From Octopus sinensis (Eukaryota), in contig NW_021831737.1 of assembly GCF_006345805.1 (NCBI RefSeq), positions 1 through 37,673 of the forward strand: a DNA stretch of 37,673 bases. Reading direction: 5' to 3'. Of the stretch, positions 25,300 to 35,450 are shown one piece after another; the first letter of the stretch is position 1, and every line of letters starts with the position of its first letter. The notes under the pieces are model-generated. The model was not told the DNA's origin and made no database searches. It saw nothing but the letters and a program-made list of their open reading frames with translations. A program made the translations under genes and the position numbers.

Positions 25300-25580
25300 T
25301 CGTGAGTTCGATTCCCGGCGACGCGTTGTGTCCTTGAGCATGACACTTTATTTTCACGTTGCTCCAGTCCACTCAGCTGGCAAAAATGAGTAGTACCTGT
25401 ATTTCAAAAAAGGGCCGGCATTGTCACACTCTGTATCACGCTGAATCTCCCTGGGAACTACGTTAAGGGTACACATGTCTGTGGATTGCTCAGTCACCTG
25501 CATGTTAATTTCACGAGCAAACTGTTGTTCCGTTGATCGTATCAGCTGGGACCCTCGTCGTCGTAACCGACGGAGTGCTC
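25300..25580 (+). mobile_element. SINE sharing the S3 3' tail with a different head
   Basis: GTCGTGAGTTCGATTCCC B box; tail GTATTTCAAA...CCGACGGAGTGC; similar copy at 30965-31510. Confidence 0.7.
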
Positions 25581-25634
25581 CTCATATATATATATATATA
25601 TATACACTTTATTTAAAAGTAGTAAAAATTCAAC

Positions 25635-25681
25635 AAAACCTGTTACTCGGAGTTTCACGTTCCCGTTCGTCGGACAGTTTT
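25635..25681 (-). ncRNA. Type I hammerhead-like motif with U4C core variant
   Basis: AAAACUGU-CCGACGA-ACG GGAA CGU-GAAACUC C GAGUA^ACAGGUUUU; helix I CUGU/ACAG, helix II 3 bp with GGAA tetraloop, near-palindromic helix III. Confidence 0.5.
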
Positions 25682-27416
25682 GTGACACTCCGAGTAACAG
25701 GTTTTGTTGAATTTCTGCTGCTTTTAAATAAAACATATTACTCTACCCCTTGTATTTGAGTACTCTTTTTTCCACCTTGTTTCACATTTATGTGTTTACT
25801 CCGGTATATATATATATGGTGGGGATGTACACATATATACAAATAAATGTGTATCGAATACTTAAAATAACGTCTTGTTTTATTGAAGCTATCTTCTCTT
25901 CGTCACAAGAATAAACAAATGCTTTGTGTGTTAATTGTAATCAACTCAGAATGAAGAGGGGAGATAACTAAGAATTCCTCAAAATTAACTTGTTACTAAA
26001 GTAAAGACATTCTTATTGTCTAGCGACAAGAGGACAGCTGTATTCACATGTTTCTGCCACAGTAAGTGTCTTTAGCACAGCGGTTGTCCTACCATGAATC
26101 CAACATGCGAGATACTTTGACAAGTGCAAAAAGAATAGAGAAACATTCAGGGTCCAGACTAATTTGCATAATTTGATCGAAATCTTGCACTTTTGTCGAT
26201 TTCGGAAGATTCTTCATTCTTGTGTGTGGATTTGGAAGACGGAAACTGAAAGAAGCCTGTTGCATATGTATATGCGTGTGCATGCGCGAGTGTACGTGTG
26301 TGTGTGTGTGAGTGAGTCGTATGTGTCTTTCTGTCTGTGTTTGTCCCCCACCACCGCTTGACAACCAGTGTTGGCGTGTTTACGTACCCATGACTTAGCA
26401 GTTCGGCAAAAAGAGATCGATAACGTAAGTACAGGGCTTTAAAAATTTAAAGTACTCTTGTCAACTCATTCAACCAAAATAAATTTCAAGATGGTGCTCC
26501 AGAATGGACTCTAATGCCTGAAAGAAGTTAAAGATAAAAGATATAAGTCGTTATCATCAACATCTATTCACATTCATGCAAAACAGAAGGAAAACTCCTT
26601 TGTACCATTTCGTCTGGAAACTCATGGTTCCATGAATTAGGACCTCCAATAACATGGCAGTCTTATCGATAAAACTATAATGTATTTAGTTGGATCTTGA
26701 AGTTTCAGGATTTATCTGCATAGCATGCCATTTTCAGAAAAAAAACAACCAGCGATATAAGTTTACCGAAAGTTCGAGGTATCATCTAGTTGTCGCCATC
26801 GGAAGAAAACTCCTTTACGATAACTCTAATCTGCTCATAATTTTACAGCCTACTGATTCAAAGCTAATGCAAATAGATTTAGTAAACGTTGAGAAGTAAT
26901 AAGCCCTTGACGATGTTCATACTTCAGCACTGGTTGTTTTTCTTTATGCCAGTGCAGTTCAGCTGGCAATAGATATAATTTATGCTTTCTGTACTATTCA
27001 ACCACGTAACCTGCTTTGAACAATGACAATCAAGCTAGTGTGCTGTGGTCAAACAGTACAACTCATTCGCCAAATACTGCCTGATCGCTTGTGCCAGTAC
27101 TAGGCACAGTAAATACTGAGGAGCAATAATATGAATCACCAACTGTTTTTTAATAAATTCTGTATCACGTATCGGGCACTCTTTCCTTTCATTTGTAGAT
27201 ATACATGCTTAAATATATATGCTTATATGTGTGGCTAGGAAGCAAGCTTCTTACCACACAGCCACACTTGCGCCGTAAGGAGCTTGCTTCCTAACCACGT
27301 GGTTCCAGGTTCAGTCCCACTGCGTGGCACCTTGGGCAAGTGTCTTCTACTATAGCCTCGGGTCGACCAAAGCCTTCTAATTGGATTAGGCAGACGAAAC
27401 TGAAAGAAGCCCGTCG

Positions 27417-27476
<60 letters not shown>

Positions 27477-27567
27477 TAGTTAAAATTTACAAAAAAATCT
27501 TATGACGAAGACAGGTGTATAAACAACATGCAGGTGTATTAGTTTGACGCTCGGGAAGGTGAGAAAG

Positions 27568-27605
27568 TCTTTTACGTTTCGTGCCTACGCTCGTCAACAG
27601 AAAGG
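27568..27605 (-). ncRNA. Minimal hammerhead-like motif, same family (CUGUUGA)
   Basis: CCUUU-CUGUUGA-C-GAGC GUAG GCAC-GAAACGUA^AAAGA. Confidence 0.4.
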
Positions 27606-28047
27606 AACACGAGGAAATAAACAGAGAGAGAATAAAAAAAAACTTTTGGAGTTAGCGGTCAGTATCTATTTGTGTGTCTGAGTTTGTCCCCCACCATCAC
27701 TTGACACTGATGTTGGTGTGTTTACGTCCCCGTAACATAGCGCATCGGCAAAAAGACACTGATAGAATAAGAACTAGGCTTACAAAGGATAAGTCCTGGG
27801 GTCGGTTTGTTCAACTAAAGGCGATGCTCCAGCATGGCTGCAGTCAAATAACTGAAACAAGTAAAAGAAAAAATAGGCCCAGGAGTGACTCTGTAGGAAG
27901 TAGTTTGCTTACCAACCATATATATATATGTAGGTCCCGGGTTGAGTCGGGGTTAACCACAGTAAATAAGGTACTCAAGGTACATAGCAGAGTAAATTAA
28001 GGTACATAAGGTACATAGCAGAGTAAATTAATTTATTTTATAGAAGG

Positions 28048-28098
28048 AGCTTCTACAGGACTAGAACTGTTTCATTCAAAAGAAATCATCAGGAAGCC
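28048..28098 (-). ncRNA. Type I hammerhead ribozyme candidate, canonical core
   Basis: GGCUUC-CUGAUGA-UUUC UUUU GAAU-GAAACAG UUCUAGUC CUGUA^GAAGCU: helix I 6 bp, helix II 3 bp plus U.U, helix III ACAG/CUGU. Confidence 0.7.
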
Positions 28099-28115
28099 CT
28101 GATGATTTCTGATGA

Positions 28116-28163
28116 TTTCCTGATGATTTCTTTTGAATGAAACAGTTCTAGTCCTGTAGAAGC
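28116..28163 (+). ncRNA. Type I hammerhead candidate, inverted twin of 28048-28098
   Basis: UUUC-CUGAUGA-UUUCUUUUGAAU-GAAACAGUUCUAGUCCUGUA^GAAGC; helix I reduced to 4 bp. Confidence 0.55.
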
Positions 28164-28181
28164 TCCTTCTATAAATAATAA

Positions 28182-28212
<31 letters not shown>

Positions 28213-28802
28213 AGCGCAGGCGTGGCTGTGTAGTAGGAAGTTTGCTTCACAACCATATGGTTCCGGGTTCAGTCCCACTGCGTGGTACCTTGAGCAAGTC
28301 TTATATATTTGATCATAACGGAGCGTTCTCTAATATTCTAAGATATAAATACTTCTAACGTAAAATGTAGTATTTAAAATATTTAAAATCTAGCAATTAA
28401 CAAGTTAATTAGATATAAAGTTAGAAATAAATGAGATGTAATCGAAACAACTTCGAACTAACGAGACATAGTTGAAGGTAAAGAGGAAGGAAAATGCCAA
28501 TAGGAGCCGTCAGCACAAAGTATTTTTTACATTTACATATACAGCATAATCCACATCTTCCAGAATATGGGTAGCAAATTCCACCATCGATTCAGCGTCT
28601 TAAAGTTTATGCTTTTCCAGAAATGTTGTGAAACGGAAATGGTGCTTCCGTTTGAAACGCTTTAAAATACTGTTGATAGTCTGTGGCTCATGCTATGATC
28701 ATGCTTGTTGAATTCTAAGACTGAACCTTTATCGAAATGTCGTCACCAAAACAAGTTTATCCTACGGAACTGCTTCTACTTCCAAGTGGAATATATTGTA
28801 AA

Positions 28803-29198
28803 TCTATATATATAAAAGTGAGGTTGTGTGGTGTTTGTCTCCTACGATTTAGATTCCTAACTACTCCCACATTTTGCGGTGCAGTTTAACCAAAACCGGG
28901 TATCTTATAGTCGTGATTCATATCGAGCCCTTCTGGGTATTAGCGGGCGTCTACGATGAGTCTACGATTAAAAAAAAAAAATTACCATCATTTTTTCCCA
29001 TTTTTAATGCATTTTTGGCATATATAAGGGAAGTAACTCTCTAAAAATGTATTATTAAATCTCAGAACGTAAAAAGCTACAGTAACATCCCCCTTTGTGG
29101 TTAGCCATATTGAGATGGCTATTATACTTTACATCTCTAAAAATGCTTATATAGTTATTTCCCTTACAAACCCGAGCAACGCCGGGCGATACTGCTAG
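28803..29198 (+). mobile_element. Complete non-autonomous Helitron (396 bp)
   Basis: A|TCTATATATATAAAA 5' end, subterminal hairpin CCCG-AGCAACGC-CGGG (29171-29186), CTAG|T 3' end, inserted between A and T without TSD. Confidence 0.85.
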
Positions 29199-29669
29199 TC
29201 ATTTATAAAAGTTTCTTCAGGTTCTGTAACTGTATACTTACACTGCGGTCAAACGTGCAATGATGTTTCAAAGAATCTATTAACTAAATATTGTCTAAAA
29301 GTATTTTGCAAGAGAACTGAAACACTATTTGAAAAAAAAACTTCAATTTATCTATTGAATCACACTTTTTTCATTTTATTTCATGTAGTTATCTATCAGT
29401 TGTTCTTGTTCTGTCCATATATTTCTCTCTTTCATCCTCGCGTTTTCTTTTCCTTCCCCTTCTTTATGTTACTATAATTTCCTCTGTCTAACTCTTCTTC
29501 AACCCTCACATAAACTTTAGTCCCTTCACCATTTCTTATCCTTAGCTGCCAACCTATTTTTCTCTTTCCATTGGTTATTTATTTCCATAGTCGTAACGAT
29601 TTCGTATTTACTTTTAAATTCTTCTCTCGTAAATATACACACTTTTCCCACCGCGCTACTTATTTCTTA

Positions 29670-30300
29670 TTTCTTTATTGCCCACAAGAGGATAAACACA
29701 GAGGGGTCAAACAAGGACAGACAAACGGATTAAGTCGATTACATCGATCCCAGTGCGTAACTAGTACTTAATTTATCGACCCCGAAAGGATGAAAGGCAA
29801 AGTCGAACTCCTCCAAATTGAAATCAGAACGTAACGGCAGACGAAATACCGCTAAGCATTTCGCCTGGCGTGCTAACGTTTCTTATTTCTTTACTGCCCA
29901 CAAGGGGCTACACACACAGAGGGGACAAACAAGGACAGACAAAGGGATTAAGTCGATAACATCGACCCCAATGCGTAACTAGTACTTAATTTATTGACCC
30001 CGAAAGGACGAAAAGCAAAGTCGACCTTGCGGAATTTGAACTCAGAACGTAACGGCAGACGAAATACCTATTTCTTTATTACCCACAAGGGGCTAAACAC
30101 AGAGAGGACAAACAAGGACAGGCAAACGGATTAAGTCGATTATATCGACCCCAGTGCGTAACTTGTACTTAATTTATCGATCCCGAAAGGATAAAAGGCA
30201 AAGTCGACCTCGGCGGAATTTGAACTCACAACGTAACGGCAGACGAAATACCGCCAAGTATTTCGCCCGGCGTGCTAACGTCTCTGCCAGCCAGCCGCCT
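29670..30300 (-). repeat. Three-unit S1 SINE array
   Basis: Same unit in reverse orientation, head at about 30300. Confidence 0.85.
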
Positions 30301-31096
30301 TACGTAAGGCGCATAAGAATGTTATAATTTTATTGAGAGTGTTCACCGGACCAGTCCTTGTTCAGAATATTTGAATAGCCCATACAGCTTTCAAAACTAC
30401 AAAGTCATTGTCGATAAAATAATAATGATATAGATGCATTTAACTCTACGCTTGTACGACTCAGTGAGTGTTGGTTATTTGAACAATTGTATTCTGTTTT
30501 TGTTTTTTGTGACAACAGACGAAAGGATGAAAGGCAAAGTCGACCTCGGCGGAATTTGAACTCAGAACGTAACGGCAGACGAAATACGGCTACGCCTTTC
30601 GCCCGGCGTGCTAACGATTCTGCCATCTCGCCGCCTTCCATTTATTATTCCATTAACGTGTTATCGTTAATCAGCGAACGGTCCGCTTCTTGCTTTCGTT
30701 CTTCTCTCTGTCCAATACTTACATAATTTTTATGCCTTACTCTCTCTTACTCCTTCTTACGCTCCTCTCTTATAAATATACGTCTCTCCATCACGTACCA
30801 TATCTACTGTTCTCATGGTACCACTATCTGGTACCACTATCAGGTACCACTACCTGGTACCACTATCTTTTCCTTCTCTCCTTTTTCACTGCTCTGACTC
30901 GGTCCTCCTCTATCCTCTCTTAGTTTGATTCCGTTTTTCTTTCTTTCTTCATTATATATCTATTTGTGAAGGCACGTGGCTTAGTGGTTAGGGTATCCGG
31001 CTCACGATCGCAAGGTCGTGAGTTCGATTCCCATTGGCGCGACATTTTATATCATGTTGCTCCAGTTCACTCAACCAGCAAAAGTGAGTAGTACCT

Positions 31097-31320
31097 ATTT
31101 CTTTATTACCCACAAGGGGCTAAATACAGAGGAGACAAACAAGAACAGACATAGGTATTAAGTCGATTACGTCGACCCCAGTGCGTAACTGGTACTTATT
31201 TAATCGACCCCGAAAGGATGAAAGGCAAAGTCGACCTCGGCGGAATTTGAACTCAGAACGTAACGGCAAACGAAATACCGCTAAGCATTTCGCCCGGCGT
31301 GCTAACATTTCTGCCAGCTC
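31097..31320 (-). mobile_element. S1 SINE monomer nested in another SINE (30965-31510), 12-bp TSD
   Basis: TGAGTAGTACCT at 31085-31096 and 31321-31332. Confidence 0.85.
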
Positions 31321-32135
31321 TGAGTAGTACCTGTATTTCAAAAAGGGCCAGCCTTGTCGAATTCTGCGTCACGCTGAATCTCCTTCAGAGCTACGTTAAG
31401 GATACACGTGTCTGTGGAGTACTCAGCCACTTGCACGTTGATTTCACGAGCAGGGCCGTTCCGTTGATCGGAACAACTGGGATTCTGATCGTCGCAACCG
31501 ACGAAGTACCGTTCATATTTCTTTCTTTTTTTTGCTTCCTCATCAACCATCTCATTTGTATCTCTTTACTTCCTACATTTATCTTGCTTCTTTCTATGTT
31601 TCGTTATCTCATTGTTTTTTTGTTTGTTTTTTGTTTCTTTTTTACTCGTTCAGTTTTATCTCTAAATGATTTTTTAAATATACAGAAATAATTTATTCTC
31701 AAACGCATGATAATGCTAATACAATAGCATGAACAGGATAAACTATCTATATATTGCAGGAAAAAAAATCGTTACCGGCCAGCCATTATAAGCGCTAAAA
31801 TTTTAGAATCTCATTATTTATAAGTCCAGGTTATAAGGGATTTTTTTTTGTTGTATCGAAAAGTGGTAAAATGGAACGTGGAGAAACGACATGCCTCAGT
31901 TTTCGTTTCTGTTATAATACCCAAAAATCGTTCCGAAATCATCTTTGCTTTTCATCCTTCCAGGATCGATAAAACAAAGTATTAGTCAAGTAGAGGAGTC
32001 GATGTTACTGGCTGTTCCTACTCTTGCGTGCGCGCACATAGATTGATATATATACATATATATAATACAAAATACACAGACAGGAGTTCTAGTGCTCCAA
32101 ATGAGCTATATTCCACTTCTTAATCTGATTAAGAA

Positions 32136-32194
<59 letters not shown>

Positions 32195-32202
<8 letters not shown>

Positions 32203-33217
32203 TAAATGAAATAAAACATATGCAATATATAAACATATATGTACGTACCTACCTCTACATGTACATATACACGCATATATGAGTACAGGACACCAAAGGG
32301 ACGTCGAACACAAAGAGAAACGAAAACATAGACACAAACCAAAGGAACTAGACATTTTTTTAAAAACAACAAAAATGGAGTACAGGACAATTAACACAAC
32401 GAAAAAAAACCCTTCTTCAGTCGCTAAGGTTTCATCTACTCTACGTTTCGAAGGATAAAAGCGAGACGTATCTTCGACAAGAAACTTTCCTTCCTGCGAA
32501 AAGCAAATCAATTAAAATTCTGAGATCTTTTCGCAGAGGGGTAAAAAATGGTAAAAAAATGGTAAAAAAACAGGACAGTAACGACAGTACAAAAATATAA
32601 ACAGTAAAAAAATAAACAGTAAAAAAATATAAACAGTAAAAAAATATAACAGTAAAAGACAGGACAGGGAAAAACAAGATAAGAAGGGCTGTTGACGCCG
32701 AACGAAAAAAGTATTGCAAACGCAGAATTTTTTGTGAACGACAGGAGAGCAGGAAGAATGTCGTCCAGTTACCTTGAAAGCCAGGCCAAAAAAGACAGTC
32801 AGGGCGGAAGTATCGTCGCGGGTGAACGACGGGAAGGGGGGAGGAGGAGCAAGAGGAAGGGAGAGAAGAAGGGGAATGGCTGCAGGAGACCATGAAGAAT
32901 TGTGAGGGGTAGAGAGAGTGAATAATGAGAGAGAGAGGAAGAGACAAGTTAAGTGGGGGAAAAAGAAAATCAAAGAATAGGGATGGGACAGAAAGGTGAA
33001 GAGTGCGCGTGAGAGTTAATATCAAGACAAAAACTTGATATACAGAACAATCTTACTTAAGAGGGTGCGTGCGTTTAGTCATATAATATATTAATAAATG
33101 AAATAAAACATATGCATATATATAAACATATATGTACGTACCTACCTCTACATGTATATATACACGCATATATGTGTACAGGACACCAAGGGACGTCGAA
33201 CACAAAGAGAAACGAAA
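32195..33217 (-). mobile_element. Non-autonomous Penelope-like element with ~130-bp terminal direct repeats, carrying permuted HHR copy A
   Basis: 32195-32325 is repeated at 33086-33217; ends abut (AT)n; contains HHR motif; no recognisable RT or GIY-YIG ORF. Confidence 0.45.
32410..32470 (-). ncRNA. Candidate hammerhead ribozyme with non-circularly permuted strand order (copy A, intact core)
   Basis: Minus strand UACGUC^UCGCU-UUUAU-CCUUC-GAAACGUA-GAGUAGAUGAAACCUU-AGCGA-CUGAAGA-AGGG. Helix III UACGU/ACGUA, helix I UCGCU/AGCGA, cores CUGAAGA and GAAA, GUC triplet; helix II weak. Confidence 0.65.
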
Positions 33218-33242
33218 TATATATATATATAATATTATTATA

Positions 33243-33285
<43 letters not shown>

Positions 33286-33299
33286 GTAAATAATATATA

Positions 33300-33690
33300 A
33301 ATATATACATATATACATTCATATGTATATATACATGCCTATATGGGTAGAGGACATCAAAAAAAAACGTTTGAACATAATGAGAAACGAAAACATAAAA
33401 ACAAAAACATAGAAAACGAACTTTCTTTCGAACAACGAAAAGAACAAACAGAGAAACGAGATATGCAACATAAAGATTATTCCCCTTCTTTAGTTGTCCC
33501 TGTTTCATCTACTCCATGTTTCGAAGGCAAGGACAAGACGCGACTTCCTTGAAACAAGCCTTCCCGCAAAGCAAATTAAATAAAATTTGGGGTTTTTTGC
33601 GGAGGGTGAAAGTGGTAACAAGAACAGGACAGTGAGAACAAGACAGTAAAAACAAACGGTGAGGGCTGTTAAGTCAAGAAGATACAAAAA
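33300..33690 (-). mobile_element. Penelope-like fragment carrying permuted HHR copy C
   Basis: Homologous to 13141-13380 (reverse complement) and to 32400-32690; flanked by (AT)n. Confidence 0.45.
33482..33542 (-). ncRNA. Permuted hammerhead, copy C (core G5 mutated, probably inactive)
   Basis: CGCGUC^UUGUCCUUG-CCUUC-GAAACAUG-GAGUAGAUGAAA-CAGGGACAA-CUAAAGA-AGGGG; 9-bp helix I, helix III with one mismatch. Confidence 0.55.
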
Positions 33691-33840
33691 TTACTATATA
33701 TTATATATACATATATATATATATATATATTAGCACTTAAACTCATTCGTTTCGAGACTCATCAGATATTATTTTTTACAGAAAATTATTGCCTTTTTAT
33801 AAATCTGGAAAAGAACGTCTTCTGTTATCTGTGTATGTAT

Positions 33841-33900
<60 letters not shown>

Positions 33901-34125
33901 TACTTACATACACAAAGTATGGGGGTTTAGTTCACAGGTGATCTAAACGATTAGGTATGCTAGGTAACTGCTTTAACGGATTACTAAGGATCCAAGGTTA
34001 TAACCGAGACGGTAGTTATAGAGCCATTTCAGATTTCCGATATAGCGGATATATAATTGTTAAAGGAGACAACAGACATTAAGGCAAGGCAAAGATCTCA
34101 AGTTACATACATTACTATTATTGGT

Positions 34126-34191
34126 AAAAATTCGAAGCCTTACAGCTGTTTCTGGGATGTCCCAGAAACAGCTGTAAGACTTCGAATTTTT
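34126..34191. repeat. Palindrome with 32-bp arms and 2-nt spacer
   Basis: AAAAATTCGAAGCCTTACAGCTGTTTCTGGGA-TG-TCCCAGAAACAGCTGTAAGACTTCGAATTTTT, one mismatch. Confidence 0.9.
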
Positions 34192-34201
34192 TTTCCAATA
34201 A

Positions 34202-34365
34202 TCTATTATATAAAATCTGTTATGTCTGTCTGTGTGTGTCTTCTAGTATCTCGAGCATCCTCCATCGGATTGCGCTCAAATTTGATATGTAGATACCGAT
34301 GGCATTAGCGCGTGTATAAGTCTTGAAAAATTACAAAAATCGATTCCAGGTGAGAATGCATAACT
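34202..34365 (+). mobile_element. Helitron-like 5' fragment
   Basis: A|TCTATTATATAAAATCTG...(GTCT/GT)n start typical of non-autonomous Helitrons; no CTAG 3' end found. Confidence 0.45.
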
Positions 34366-34850
34366 GCACCTTCCATTTTTTTTGTACTGCTTAAAGGCCC
34401 ATTTCTTTCCTGCCAATTTACTGTTTAAACCATGTTTGTGTTCTCCCAGTCAACAGTCTTATCATTACTGGTACTGTAAACTCTTCGGTTGCATATTTGT
34501 GTGAATAAAATCGTTATTCTTTGGAATAGAAAAAAAGTCTATCTTTATTTCTTCTTTTGCTGGTGTCTCAAATTTAGGTTAAATCAGTGTTTCTCAAAGG
34601 GGAGACCTATAGGACGGTCGGACAAGTTGTTTTGACAAAATTTGGTTTAAATGATTGACAAGTCAGCACCGTCCATTGGACGGGGGCGTTTTGCTCGTAA
34701 TAATATATGGCTTGAGATGTTTGCCTTGCCTTCACGTTTGTTATATATATATATATATAAAGGGAAAGTTTACGAAAATAAACAAAAGACGAAGGCAGGT
34801 GGAGTACAAACAAACAAATGTATTAGTATAGTGCTCAGGAATAGAAAAAG

Positions 34851-34888
34851 TCTTTTACGTTTCGAGCCTACGCTCTTCCACAGAGAGA
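34851..34888 (-). ncRNA. Minimal hammerhead-like motif, same family (CUGUGGA)
   Basis: UCUCU-CUGUGGA-A-GAGC GUAG GCUC-GAAACGUA^AAAGA; perfect 4-bp helix II. Confidence 0.45.
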
Positions 34889-35251
34889 TACACAGAAAAA
34901 AAAACAAGGAGAGAAAAAAATGCGTGTAGGAGCTAACGATCTATCATGGCGTCCTGACTTCGGACAGTGGTCAGACGCGAGAGGGAGGGTAGGGGAGATA
35001 ACAGGGTCAAGTGACTTCCAATACGAAGGTACCCCCAACACAAAGGTGCGTGGGTGTATAAGAGAGTATGTATGTGCGTGTGAAAGAGGGCTGGTGGTCT
35101 GGACGTGTGTGTGTATGTATGTGTGGAGATGCAAGTGCACATATGTGTGGGCATTTATGTGTGCGCATGTGTGTGTAGTGAAACCTTGGAGGCTTTGCCA
35201 GAGGGAGAAAGAAGGAAAGAAAGAAAGAAAGAAAGAAAGGAAGAAAAAAAG

Positions 35252-35286
<35 letters not shown>

Positions 35287-35419
35287 GGCTTCTTTTAATT
35301 TGTATTGTATTCATGCGGTCAGCTTGTTGAAGTCAATGACAATCCAAGATGTCAATCATGTCTTACTCATTGTTTTGAAAGCATCTCTCTCTCCCTCTCT
35401 CTCTCTCTCTATCTCTCTA

Positions 35420-35450
<31 letters not shown>

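Larger units (their letters stand above)
28031..28183. repeat. Snap-back hairpin with 57-bp perfect arms
   Basis: 28037-28093 pairs with 28119-28175; loop contains tandem CTGATGATTT copies. Confidence 0.9.
22317..30523. repeat. Long-range inverted repeat: ~225-bp non-SINE arm plus SINE array at each end
   Basis: 22317-22545 is the reverse complement of about 30295-30523 with 4 mismatches counted by eye. Confidence 0.85.

Noticed and set aside
32410-32454. Type II hammerhead reading using the linker GUA as cleavage site
   Set aside because: No helix I can form between that GUA and CUGA in any copy, whereas the upstream GUC reading gives covarying helices I and III.
32441-33025. 194-aa and 153-aa ORFs over the element
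   Set aside because: Low-complexity F/L/S-rich; no RT or GIY-YIG motifs recognised.
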